Source: a virus (taxonomy: Duplodnaviria; Caudoviricetes). From it: a stretch of DNA of 37,194 nt. The translations under genes and the position numbers were made by a program. Positions 1-9,330 of the stretch are shown here, piece by piece (positions within the stretch are counted from its first letter, which is position 1; each line of letters begins with the position of its first letter). Under the pieces are notes generated by a model. It was not told the origin of the DNA and made no database searches. It worked only from the letters and a program-made list of their open reading frames with translations. The DNA lies in the IMG/VR virus record IMGVR_UViG_3300033487_000023, positions 1 through 37,194 of that record; one strand, 5' to 3'.

Positions 1-133
1 ATTGAGACATAGCTCGTGTTATTCAGATACACTCCGAGCAGATATCCGTAGATGTTGCACCCGGAGATTGTGTGTCGGTAGTTGCTCCCTGCCGCTGGGT
101 TTAGCTTGATTGCGTAAGCGGACGACCCTCCAG
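1..133. repeat. Terminal direct repeat, left copy (circular assembly overlap)
   Basis: 1-133 is identical to 37062-37194 except C24 vs T37085. The tailspike reading frame continues in frame across the junction. Confidence 0.97.
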
Positions 134-2405
134 TGAACGAACAAGATGCAATCTGAATGTCTGTACACCCGGAACCAAGAGAGATCCCATCGTGGGCCCC
201 GGATGACGAGAAGTTGCAGCCCTGCACTGATACTCCAACAGCACCAGTAAGCGTGAGCGTTCCATTCACGAAGTTGCATCCACAGAGCGCAGCCCTTGAC
301 CCGGCATAGGTGCATGATACGAGATTGCATCCCGTGACCGAGAAGTTGTTCCCGGAAAGCTCAAGGGTTGACAGAATGTTGCAATTTGCCACCAGAACTT
401 GCTCTGCGCTGAGAACGGCGTTCGCAGAACCACTCAGGTAGCATCCTGTTACCTGGACGTAGTTTGTGCTCCCGACTGCGATAGGCCTTGCGTATGACCC
501 AGAGACGTAGCAATCAGAAACAGTCAGGTTGTCAACCGAGCCTGCTCCTGGCTCGCATAGGATTGCGTCATGGGCCACACTGCCTCCAATGAACGAGCAG
601 TTTGAGATCCTGATGTTGTCGCATCCTTCATCCGGCCAGACCCCATGAGAGACACCATCGAACGTGCATTCATTCACGCACAGGTTCGTGGTGGTTAGCA
701 TCGATAGGTATCCACCGATTTTGCATCTCTGCACCTTTCCTGCGGAGACGTTCGACGTTGAAACGTTCAACATTGACGACTCTGAGATGTCAATGTCGTA
801 CACGTAATTGATAATTACGTACGGCCTCGCTATTCCACTGGATATCCTTTGCAGGTTTCTCAGTGTTACCTTGGCGAGAGGTGCGGCGGCCCTTCCTGTG
901 ATGCTGATTGATGGGTTTCCTGCGGCGCCAGCGTTCCGTGCGTCAATATCGCAGTCAGTCACAGAGATGTTGACTACTGGCACAAACGCCGTGATGACAT
1001 TCGCATCCGAAAAGTAGACACCATAGCCAGTGTCTATGTCGAATTGGCAATCCCTCACGTCTACGGAGAAGGCTCCGCGCAGGTACAGTCCCATCCTGTT
1101 CCCTGCAAGGCCTGCGTTGTATGAAGAGTCATTGATTTTGCATCCCGTGATGAGTGTGTCATCACAGCAAGCCCAAACCGATATCGACCAGAAACACCCG
1201 TTGAACGTGCATCGCGAGACCTTGGTCTCGTAGGACTGTCCGTGCCTTGAGCCCTGAGACCCCCAGTCGCCAATCCTCACCGCGCCATGGAGCAATGCAT
1301 ACGTGTCTCCTCCGATGAACTCGAAGTCGCAATCATGGATTGTGATCTTTCTGCATGCCTTGAGCACAACAACGCCGTGCGTGTCGGCTCCATCCCCCGC
1401 CGTTCCTGTCGAGTAGAACCGAGAGCCCTCGACTCGGCAGTTGTAGCAGTCGGAGAACGTCACACCCGAGCTGTCCGTGCCTCCAACGTAGGGCCGAAAG
1501 ACGCAATCACGAACAGCGATTCGCTCGCAGTAGGAGAACGACGCGGCCTTGAACGAGCCAACACCGCTACCGCACAGGACCGTGAGCCGGGACAGCGTGA
1601 TGTCGTGGAGCTGTGTGATCGGTGTGACGATTGCCGTGTCGCCCGTCAGGAATCCTCGCTGGTTCCTGACCCTGTCGGCCAGGTGGAGCACGGTCCCGGT
1701 CGCAACGTAGTCGATCTTACTCATCTCGGCTGCGCAGTTGTTTGCGTGCGCCATCGCGAAGCCGCTCGATAGCAGCGCGAGCTGGCCGGCCGCGCATCCT
1801 GTGGCTGCCGCTGTCGTCACAGTTCCGAGTCTCGTGGTGGAGCTCGCCGTGAGCGTCACGGGAGCGCTCGCTGTCCCGGCCGCGCTGAATCCTGTGTTTG
1901 ACGCCGAGGAGAAGTCGATCGTCCCGTTCCGCACCTCGAGATTGCTCTTTAGCGTGAGCGTGGAGTTGCACTTGTAGGTCTTGCCTGCGAGGTCCACCAC
2001 GCCAAGAGCGGCCGTGATGGCTGCCTGAAGCGCCGTCGCATCGTTGGCGACGCCATCCCCCACGGCTCCGTAGTCGAGAGGGCAAGCCACGAGCTGTTTG
2101 AGGCGGGTCGCGACCGAGGCCGTGGTGAGCTCCACTGCGGCGACGTTGTCCTCGGTGTAGATCGTCACGTCCGCGCTGGTCTTGATGACCACCCGGTAGA
2201 GCGTCGCCTTGACGCCGAAGATTCGCGGGAGGAACCCGTTCGCGTCCGCGACTACTGGGTTCGTGTTGGCGACCGTGAGAGCCTCGTCCTGGTACGTGGC
2301 GAGCGGGGTCGAGCTTCCCGTGGCGTAGGTATAGACCTTGCCGCCGGGCATGATGGCGCCGGCGTTGTCGAGGAGTCGCTGCTTTGGCGTCAATAGAGTG
2401 GTCAT
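1..2405 (-). CDS. Tailspike / receptor-binding protein with right-handed beta-helix, 5' part (about 949 aa in total across the junction)
   Basis: Absent from the ORF track because it runs off the contig end. The ATG at 2405 overlaps the upstream TGA (ATGA). N-terminus MTTLLTPKQRLLDNAGAIMPGGKVYTYATGSSTPLATYQD...NTNPVVADANG is a typical podovirus virion-binding domain, followed by DYGAVGDGVANDATALQAAI (pectate-lyase-3-like start) and many beta-helix rungs such as ISNCSF and VTGCNL. Confidence 0.9.
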   Translation of the reverse strand, partial: MTTLLTPKQRLLDNAGAIMPGGKVYTYATGSSTPLATYQDEALTVANTNPVVADANGFLPRIFGVKATLYRVVIKTSADVTIYTEDNVAAVELTTASVATRLKQLVACPLDYGAVGDGVANDATALQAAITAALGVVDLAGKTYKCNSTLTLKSNLEVRNGTIDFSSASNTGFSAAGTASAPVTLTASSTTRLGTVTTAAATGCAAGQLALLSSGFAMAHANNCAAEMSKIDYVATGTVLHLADRVRNQRGFLTGDTAIVTPITQLHDITLSRLTVLCGSGVGSFKAASFSYCERIAVRDCVFRPYVGGTDSSGVTFSDCYNCRVEGSRFYSTGTAGDGADTHGVVVLKACRKITIHDCDFEFIGGDTYALLHGAVRIGDWGSQGSRHGQSYETKVSRCTFNGCFWSISVWACCDDTLITGCKINDSSYNAGLAGNRMGLYLRGAFSVDVRDCQFDIDTGYGVYFSDANVITAFVPVVNISVTDCDIDARNAGAAGNPSISITGRAAAPLAKVTLRNLQRISSGIARPYVIINYVYDIDISESSMLNVSTSNVSAGKVQRCKIGGYLSMLTTTNLCVNECTFDGVSHGVWPDEGCDNIRISNCSFIGGSVAHDAILCEPGAGSVDNLTVSDCYVSGSYARPIAVGSTNYVQVTGCYLSGSANAVLSAEQVLVANCNILSTLELSGNNFSVTGCNLVSCTYAGSRAALCGCNFVNGTLTLTGAVGVSVQGCNFSSSGAHDGISLGSGCTDIQIASCSFTGGSSAYAIKLNPAAGSNYRHTISGCNIYGYLLGVYLNNTSYVS

Positions 2406-4753
2406 GGGGAGACCTCTTCGTGTGTGAGCTGTCGCATGATGTTCGTCGCGGGGGCCTGAGGACGAGGACGGGATAGAGCCTCGATGTCCTCTCGTTCGGT
2501 ATCGGCCTTGTACCTGGCGAGATCCTCATCAGTCATCGTCGAGGGATTCTGTTCCTGTTGGCCTCTCGTCATGTACTCGACGAATCGATAGAGAGCTCGA
2601 CCAGCCGTGCCAGGCCAGCTTCTCTTCGGCGGGTCGATGAGCCCAAACATGATGTCTCGGCCTTCCCGCGTGAACAACATCTCGTAGAGCTTCTTGTCGC
2701 TTGGAATGCCTGTCAGGATCGAGTCTGCCTTGGCGATTACGGCTCCGAGCGCCGGGATGTTCTTCACCTTCGACGTGGCCACCTTGATCATCTGAGCGAC
2801 TGGCGTTGTCTGCGCTCCCTGTGGCTGGACGATCGGACCACGAGCGACCATGGAGTCCGAGAGAGACGCGACCCTGCGAAGTGCCAGGTATGCTGCATGG
2901 TCCTTCCCGAAGACGGACCGAAGCTTGGCGTCGTTGTCGGCCAAGAATCTGCTCATGCCTCCAGCCGCGACCTCTCCCTCGGTTCCAGCCGCGGATAGAG
3001 CGGCAGACGCGGACGGGCGCGACTTGTTGACCACATCGACCAGCACGCCTGCGCGAAGTCCGTTCGCAGCTTGCTTGTCGAATTTGTCTAGGTATCCAAG
3101 ATAGGCAGCAACCCTTGATGCGCCTTTGTTGCCGGACAACAACACCCCGGCGATGGCCTCGGGGTTCCCTGCTTCCTTCAGCTTGAGGATGGTCTCTCCG
3201 ACTCCGTCCACAAAGCCGTCGATGTGCGCGCTGTCCTCCGCATAGGTCCTTCTGACGTTCTGGAGAGCCTTCGCCGCCTCGGACCTCGCCTGCATCTCTG
3301 GACTCGACGCGATGCGCTCGAGGTCTGCGTTGATGGCGTTCTTGACCGACTTGAAAACAGCCTGGCTCGGACTATCCCCCATGCCTTCGATGGTGCTTCT
3401 CGATTCGATCTTCTCCGTCAGGGTGACGAGGTCTCGCGCGATGTCGCCAATCGAAGCGTGCGTGGTGCCTCGAATCTTGCGAAGCTCGCCAATCCTCCCG
3501 TCGATCCACTCAAGTGCAGCGCGTTCCGCCTTCCCTCCGTAGTTGCCAGGCAGAGCCTTCTGAGCCAGTTCCTCGCGCAAGGCGTCCAGATTTCGCATGG
3601 GATAGCCCTGGATAAGGCCGGTCTGGCTCATGACCTCATCCATTCCATCGACCCAAGCCTTGTTTCGGGCCTTCCGCATCACCTTGAGCGCCGCCTCGGT
3701 GGCCGTCGCCGCGGATTGACCAAGCTCAGCCGAGGTCCTCTCGTTGATTGCGCGTGTCGCAGGTCCTTTTCCGAGTCTCTCTGCCTGCTCGTAGATCTGA
3801 TCCGTCAGGGCCGCCATCCGCCTCTGGTCATCCACCGCGATGCGTGGCGCGAATCTCTCGGTCCTCCTTAGCAGGTTCTCTTTATCGAGAGCGATCGTGC
3901 TCTTCGAGGCCTGCCCTGCCGTGTAGAGGTCGGATTCCTCCGGCAACGGTTTTCCGCCAGGGCGAAGTTTCTCTGTTGCGACCTCGACCGCCGGCCTGGT
4001 CTCTCCTCTCGCTTTGAGCCGAGCCGCCTCGCGTTCGGTGGTTCCCTCTGGTACGGATAGCACCGCCTCTCGCCTCACCCGTTCAGAGAATCTCCTGGCA
4101 GGGCTCACGGCCCTCGCGATTCCCTTCGCCGCGGCTCCAATTCCCTCCCCGAGCGCACCGAGCCCGACGTTGATCCCTCCCTCGGCCATCCGCTCGGATA
4201 TCGGCACACTCTCCGGCACCCAGGCGTGCCTGACGGCCTGGCTCGCCACCTCTCCGGCCACATCGCCAGCAATGGCCCCTGCGGGCCCGGCCACAGCTCC
4301 ACCGAGGACGGCAGGAGCGGCGCGCAAGACCGCCCACGGTATTGCCAGGACGTCTTCGGTGTTGATCTGGTTCTCCGGGTTCAACAGTCGCTCGGGCCCG
4401 CCAGGTGTCTCCCGATAGAGGACGTTCTTGATCTGCCCGGTTCGTCGGTCGAAGACCGGCCGCACGTTCCCGGCGCCGAAACGTTGCGCCATCATCTCGA
4501 GGCGCCCTCGGTCAGTCCTTGCTAGCGACGACAAGACGGCCGTCTTGAAGTCCGGGCCGCCGAGCTCGGCAGCCTTGGTCACGTCGCGCTCTTGCTGCGC
4601 GGCGCCGCCGATGGTCAACCCTTGCTCGGAGCCGCCTTGCCATCCCTCGATGATGGCGCCGACGTCCTGATCTGACTTGACAGGCTTGTCGCCCTCGACC
4701 TTGCCAATGTTGGCGTCGAGATAGGCGTTGAGCTCTTGTTCGCTTATGGCCAC
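2402..4753 (-). CDS. Large DNA ejection/internal virion protein (P22 gp16-like position)
   Basis: 783 aa, Ala/Gly-rich and helical, with a GGAVAGPAGAIAG segment; last of four ejection-type genes before the tailspike. Assignment is by synteny. Confidence 0.65.
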   Translation of the reverse strand: MAISEQELNAYLDANIGKVEGDKPVKSDQDVGAIIEGWQGGSEQGLTIGGAAQQERDVTKAAELGGPDFKTAVLSSLARTDRGRLEMMAQRFGAGNVRPVFDRRTGQIKNVLYRETPGGPERLLNPENQINTEDVLAIPWAVLRAAPAVLGGAVAGPAGAIAGDVAGEVASQAVRHAWVPESVPISERMAEGGINVGLGALGEGIGAAAKGIARAVSPARRFSERVRREAVLSVPEGTTEREAARLKARGETRPAVEVATEKLRPGGKPLPEESDLYTAGQASKSTIALDKENLLRRTERFAPRIAVDDQRRMAALTDQIYEQAERLGKGPATRAINERTSAELGQSAATATEAALKVMRKARNKAWVDGMDEVMSQTGLIQGYPMRNLDALREELAQKALPGNYGGKAERAALEWIDGRIGELRKIRGTTHASIGDIARDLVTLTEKIESRSTIEGMGDSPSQAVFKSVKNAINADLERIASSPEMQARSEAAKALQNVRRTYAEDSAHIDGFVDGVGETILKLKEAGNPEAIAGVLLSGNKGASRVAAYLGYLDKFDKQAANGLRAGVLVDVVNKSRPSASAALSAAGTEGEVAAGGMSRFLADNDAKLRSVFGKDHAAYLALRRVASLSDSMVARGPIVQPQGAQTTPVAQMIKVATSKVKNIPALGAVIAKADSILTGIPSDKKLYEMLFTREGRDIMFGLIDPPKRSWPGTAGRALYRFVEYMTRGQQEQNPSTMTDEDLARYKADTEREDIEALSRPRPQAPATNIMRQLTHEEVSP

Positions 4754-4756
4754 GGG

Positions 4757-6058
4757 TTACCTCTTGACCTCTGGTCTCGTGATGTAGCCCTCTTGGATCA
4801 ATGCCTGGTGGATGTCGGGCTGAGACAGGCCTTGCTTCTCGAGCTCGCGAAAGCGCTCTGTTGCGGCGTCTCTCTCGGCCGAGCGAACACGGATTCCCAT
4901 CTTCTCGCGGAACGACCGCATCTCTTCGAGCGTCCGTGGCGCACCCTGGTCGATGAGCTCACCGTACATCGCCATCCGGACATCGAGAGCGCGGATGGAC
5001 CTGTTCAGGTTGACCTGGAACGTCGCAGGGTCTTGCCCCTCCTCTAGCGTCGCGCCCATGATTCGCTGCAACTCCTTATCGGTTGCGGCAGCCCCTGTCT
5101 TCTCGACCTTGTATTCGAGGAACAAATCCCTAACGGCTCCCTGGACATACTTCTGCCTGTTCGCCCAGTCCTTCCGTGCTTCGGATGGGATCCTTCCGAT
5201 CAAAGGGAATCCAGAAACACCTCGGACGACTGCTCCGAGGAATTGCGCGCCGAATTCGTTCATCGACGTATCCCAGCGAGACCTGATGTCTTTGAGTCTC
5301 TGGCTGGCCGAGTAGGCGTCCGCAATACCTGTCACGGCCTTGGCTTCAGCCGCTCCCTTGAGCTCTTCTCCTGTTCCGATGCTCACTTTGAAACCGCCAG
5401 CCTTGCGCCGCTTCTCCATCGCTGCTGCATAGCGTGGGTCCGTCAACGCGCGCTCGGGGTGCGCCGCATAGGCGGGGCTGAGCTCGGGGGCAATCTCCCT
5501 CTGCGCCGGCGTAAGCTCGGGAGTTGCCAGGCCCTCGGCTCGTTTGTCGGCCATGGCTGAGAGCTGCTGCAGCCGCTCCGGCGTCACGATTCCGATCTGG
5601 TCCTCGGAGATGTCGATCTCCCCTCGCTTCGCCATCTCTCGGAGCTTGCCCTCAATCATCCCAGAAACCTGCGGGTTCTGCGCCACGAGCTGCGATGCAT
5701 CATAGAGGGCGCGCGAAGTCGCCGTCGCCTTCTCGATTCCAACCTTGCGCCGCATCTCCGAGACCTCACCCGTGGTCTTCTCGATGCCGGCCTTCTTGGC
5801 CTTGATGTCGAGCTCGGCCTCCTGCATCTTGCGCCACTCGTCGGGCGCGAGACGCTGTAGCATCGATGGATCCCCCTTCATGGCGAGTTCGCGAGCCTTC
5901 GGCAGGATGCGCGAGAGCTCCGCCTTGCGCTCGGCCTCTCGGAGCTGCATCCCCATCATGAGGTTCTGCTGTTGCGCCTGTTGCTCGCGGAGGCGGCCCT
6001 CGCGCATCTGCTGCGCGACGGCGAAGAGCTGCGGGAAGTCCATCGACTGGTAGGCCAT
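4757..6058 (-). CDS. DNA ejection protein (gp20-like position)
   Basis: 433 aa with a Gln-rich coiled-coil N-terminus; synteny within the ejection cluster. Confidence 0.6.
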   Translation of the reverse strand: MAYQSMDFPQLFAVAQQMREGRLREQQAQQQNLMMGMQLREAERKAELSRILPKARELAMKGDPSMLQRLAPDEWRKMQEAELDIKAKKAGIEKTTGEVSEMRRKVGIEKATATSRALYDASQLVAQNPQVSGMIEGKLREMAKRGEIDISEDQIGIVTPERLQQLSAMADKRAEGLATPELTPAQREIAPELSPAYAAHPERALTDPRYAAAMEKRRKAGGFKVSIGTGEELKGAAEAKAVTGIADAYSASQRLKDIRSRWDTSMNEFGAQFLGAVVRGVSGFPLIGRIPSEARKDWANRQKYVQGAVRDLFLEYKVEKTGAAATDKELQRIMGATLEEGQDPATFQVNLNRSIRALDVRMAMYGELIDQGAPRTLEEMRSFREKMGIRVRSAERDAATERFRELEKQGLSQPDIHQALIQEGYITRPEVKR

Positions 6059-7134
6059 CAGCGTCTCCCTTGGAGGTACTGCAACATGGCGAGTTGCGCG
6101 AGGTCGCGGACCCCGCCTTGAATCGCCTGCCCTTGTCCTCCGGCTGTCGCGAGGATCGAAGACCGATCGATGCCTGTGGACAAGTCGGCTCCGAGCTGCG
6201 CCTGCCCGGTCAGGGCCGCCGCGATGTTCGCCCCCCTCGTGCCGTAGAGGCTCCCGAGCTGCGTGCCCATTGCCTGCTGTGCGCCGAGCGCCTGGCTTCC
6301 GTAACGCTGCGACGCTCCGGCCATCGCAGAAGCGATCGCCTGCTGCTGAGCCGAGAGGCCCTGGCCCTGCATGCCGTAAAGTCCAGCAAGTCCTGTTCCG
6401 GCGTTTGCCTGGATTCCCGCGACACCGAGAGCCTGAGCCTGGCGCATCGCATCCATGCGCGAGGCTTGCGAGCCGAGGGCGCCTACCTGGATTTGCTTGG
6501 CGGCCATCGCGCGGGAGGCGTAGTCCGCGAAGTCCTGCGCCGCGACACCCTGCCCCGCCTGCGACATGGCCTTCAGAGCCGCTCCGCCACCTCGCCCACC
6601 CATTGCCGCAGCCTGCCGCATCACCGCTTGCTGCGCCTGCTGGCGAGCAAACTCGTACCCGGGGCTCGCCTGGTAGCCTGCACCGAGGCCCTGGGACGAT
6701 ATCTGGCCGAGCTGCGCTGCGCGTATTGCGTCGGTCGGGCCTCCCATTCCTTGCAGCGTCGCACGAGCTCCGCCGTAGCCCTGTCCCATCGCCTGAACGC
6801 CTTGGCCATATCCACCTTGCAGGTACGCCAGGCTAGCGAGGCCTCCCTGGCTCAAGGCCTGGCTTGCCTGGTCGTAGAGCCCTCCCATGGAGGAGAGGCC
6901 AGAGGCGGTTCCCTGCCGGAGCTCGCCGGCCGCTCGGACCGCGCCGCCTTCGATCTCTCCCATCCCGGCCCGCATGGCGAGCTCGCCCTGTGCGCGGGCT
7001 CTCGCTCTTGCTTCGAGCTCGGCCTGGAGATTCGCCCGGGCCGCTTCCGTGGTGGCTGTACTCGGGACGAACAGCGACTTGAACGCTCCGCCCACCACCT
7101 GCGCGCCGAAGTTGAACGGGTTGATGTCCGTCAT
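6058..7134 (-). CDS. DNA ejection/pilot protein (gp7-like), paralog 2
   Basis: 358 aa, Gly/Ala/Gln-rich; YQASPGYEFARQQAQQAV...GGRGGGAALKAM motif typical of gp7-like DNA transfer proteins. Confidence 0.7.
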   Translation of the reverse strand: MTDINPFNFGAQVVGGAFKSLFVPSTATTEAARANLQAELEARARARAQGELAMRAGMGEIEGGAVRAAGELRQGTASGLSSMGGLYDQASQALSQGGLASLAYLQGGYGQGVQAMGQGYGGARATLQGMGGPTDAIRAAQLGQISSQGLGAGYQASPGYEFARQQAQQAVMRQAAAMGGRGGGAALKAMSQAGQGVAAQDFADYASRAMAAKQIQVGALGSQASRMDAMRQAQALGVAGIQANAGTGLAGLYGMQGQGLSAQQQAIASAMAGASQRYGSQALGAQQAMGTQLGSLYGTRGANIAAALTGQAQLGADLSTGIDRSSILATAGGQGQAIQGGVRDLAQLAMLQYLQGRR

Positions 7135-8246
7135 CGACCACCTCCAAGGCCAAAGATTTCATCCTCCGAGTAGCCAGACGGAGACGAGCCCATCCCCCAC
7201 TGATTCCCCCCTCCGCCTCCCTGCGACAGGAGATAGCCTAGCTGGCCGATATCGCGCCCGAGCCCTCCGATGTCGCGAGCGGCTCCGCCGGCCGCATTGA
7301 CGAGCGCCGAGCGGTCAATCCCTGTCGCCAGTCTCGCTCCGAGTTGGCCTTGCCCTGTGAGCGCCGCGGCAAGGTTGCTCCCGGTCGTGCTATAGAGGCT
7401 TCCGAGCTGCGTGCCGAGCCCCGACAGCGCTCCGTAGGTCTCGGCTGCCCGTTGCTGCTCGAGAGCGGCGAGCGAAGAGCCTGTGCCCCATTGCTGGCCG
7501 GCGATGCCCTGTCCGGCCTGCGAGAGGTAGTTCGCCATGTCCGTGCCGCCCTGCATCCCGAGCTGCGCGAGAGCAGATGTCTGCCCTCGGTTCCAGATGT
7601 CTTGCCTTCCTGCCTGTGCCTCGAGGGCGCCGAGGCCTATCCCCTGTGCCTGCATCTCGCGCTGCGCGAAGTTGCCATAGCCCTGCGCTGCGAGACCTTG
7701 GTTGTACTTGGCCAGGGCCGCGTCTCTCGCGCTGCCTCCGCCTGTCAGTCCCGACATGCCCTGCTGCATCTGCCACGCGGCGCCCGGGTCCGTGGCGAAT
7801 CCCCTCTGCATCGAGCCCTCGTTCAACCCCATGATCCCACTTCGACCGACCACGTCTGCGGCCGGGGCCATCCTGGCGTAGTCCGAGAGCGCCGAGCCAT
7901 AGCCACCGAGCATCGCCTGCTCGGCGCCGCCATAGCCCTGCGCAAGACTCGACATCGCCTGACCGCCTGCCTGGCCATAGGAGCCCATCGCGCTCCGGTA
8001 CCCGGTGTCGAGCGCCGAGAGGCCGGCTCCGCCCTGCTTCCTGACCTCGTCCGCTGCGAGGTCCCCGTAGTGCCCGAGCCAGTATTGACCCTCCTCGGAT
8101 AGCTCGCCTGCGCGACGGGCCGCTGTCTCTCGCTCATCGATGGTCTGCGTGGTTGTTTCACGTGCAACATCGGCCTGCTCTGCGGCTCCGTAGGCCTGGC
8201 CGCCCATGTTGATGGCTGCTCCACCGATTGCCGCCGCTGCTCCCAT
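7131..8246 (-). CDS. DNA ejection/pilot protein (gp7-like), paralog 1
   Basis: Likely start MGAAAAIGGAAI at 8246 (TGATG overlap, GGAGG upstream). FATDPGAAWQMQQG motif; C-terminus clearly homologous to 6058-7134. Confidence 0.7.
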   Translation of the reverse strand: MGAAAAIGGAAINMGGQAYGAAEQADVARETTTQTIDERETAARRAGELSEEGQYWLGHYGDLAADEVRKQGGAGLSALDTGYRSAMGSYGQAGGQAMSSLAQGYGGAEQAMLGGYGSALSDYARMAPAADVVGRSGIMGLNEGSMQRGFATDPGAAWQMQQGMSGLTGGGSARDAALAKYNQGLAAQGYGNFAQREMQAQGIGLGALEAQAGRQDIWNRGQTSALAQLGMQGGTDMANYLSQAGQGIAGQQWGTGSSLAALEQQRAAETYGALSGLGTQLGSLYSTTGSNLAAALTGQGQLGARLATGIDRSALVNAAGGAARDIGGLGRDIGQLGYLLSQGGGGGNQWGMGSSPSGYSEDEIFGLGGGR

Positions 8247-8710
8247 CACACCCTCCTGGCCCACACGGTTTCGAGAGGCGCATACCCGCGTCTCTTGAGC
8301 GACCCTATGACGATGTTCTGGTCGCGGTGTGGAATCACGAGAAAGCACGAATGCGTCGCGCCGCGCTCTCTTGCCCATACCAGGGCCATGTCGGCGAGAG
8401 CACTTGTGACACCGAGACCACGGGCCGCCGCGAACGCCCCCCAGAACACCTCCGTGGCGAAAATTGCATCGCCGAAGAAGCTGGGGTTGAGCGCAACAGC
8501 CATGGCCCCGGCCGGCACTCCTGCGATCTCACCCATGAAGACGCCAAACCGCTCCGGCTGCTCGAGCCACCGAAGGCAGAGCTTCGATGACCACTCGGGA
8601 TCGAATGGCAACCCGCGCTCGATGAGCCCGGACCAAGCATGGAGCTCTTTTCCGAGCTCCACGATGGTCGGCACATCGGCGGGGACCGCCATCCTTACCG
8701 TCACGCTCAT
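8246..8710 (-). CDS. GNAT-fold acetyltransferase-like protein of the podovirus tail/ejection module
   Basis: VRMAVPADVPTIVEL start, ARGLGVTSAL acetyl-CoA-binding-like motif, LKRRGY end; standard position before ejection genes. Confidence 0.75.
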   Translation of the reverse strand: MSVTVRMAVPADVPTIVELGKELHAWSGLIERGLPFDPEWSSKLCLRWLEQPERFGVFMGEIAGVPAGAMAVALNPSFFGDAIFATEVFWGAFAAARGLGVTSALADMALVWARERGATHSCFLVIPHRDQNIVIGSLKRRGYAPLETVWARRV

Positions 8711-9330
8711 GGCGTCCCCACCTCGTTCCCGACGCCGTCAATCTGCACCGTGACGCCTGCTGCCACGATGAGCGCTGCGCCTCCAAGGCTGTCGTCTCCG
8801 TGTGCCCCGTACCGAAGGACCTCGCAGAGCACCGTGTCGCCTCGGTCGGCGGTCACCGTGTACGCGGCAGGTGAGAATCGATGAATCTTGCGAGCCGTCC
8901 CATCGAAGGCCTCGGTTCCGTACTCGGAATATGAGTCCGCGATCACATCCCCCTTGCCTACAGGGGTCGATCCGACGAAGCGCCAGCGAACTGCGCCTGC
9001 CGCGACTGTGGAGGTCCAATCGACCCAGGGCTGGACGTATGCCCCGGATCGAAGCTCTCGCGGCAGGCGAACGTTGAATGCGACGCCACTCGTCGCTGCA
9101 TCGGGACACGAGATGGCCATCGCGGTCGCTCCCGTGATGGCTTGCAGCGACGCCGTGCCGACGAGCCCCATCCCGCAGGCCTCGATAGCGACCTCGCGGT
9201 ATATGGGAGCCGAATCGTCGCACCCTAGGATTCTGCGAATGTCTCGCATGTAGCGGTACCAGTCCGCGACGAATGCCCCCGTCCTGCCGACGATGGTCGA
9301 GGTCGGGTTCGGCGTCGAGAGCACGCTCAT
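8707..9330 (-). CDS. Putative tail needle/tail accessory protein
   Basis: Likely start at 9330 (ATGA overlap with the gp10-like stop); 207 aa; gp26 position; beta-rich C-terminal domain. Confidence 0.5.
   Translation of the reverse strand: MSVLSTPNPTSTIVGRTGAFVADWYRYMRDIRRILGCDDSAPIYREVAIEACGMGLVGTASLQAITGATAMAISCPDAATSGVAFNVRLPRELRSGAYVQPWVDWTSTVAAGAVRWRFVGSTPVGKGDVIADSYSEYGTEAFDGTARKIHRFSPAAYTVTADRGDTVLCEVLRYGAHGDDSLGGAALIVAAGVTVQIDGVGNEVGTP

Noticed and set aside
1-133. DGR template/variable repeat pair (A/G difference in a tail gene repeat)
   Set aside because: No reverse transcriptase is present, there is a single synonymous mismatch, and the repeat sits exactly at both contig ends, so it is an assembly overlap.
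1717-2529. 270-aa minus-strand ORF and the many long plus-strand ORFs opposite structural genes
   Set aside because: Alternative-frame or antisense shadows typical of high-GC DNA; the true gene here is the tailspike frame starting at 2405.
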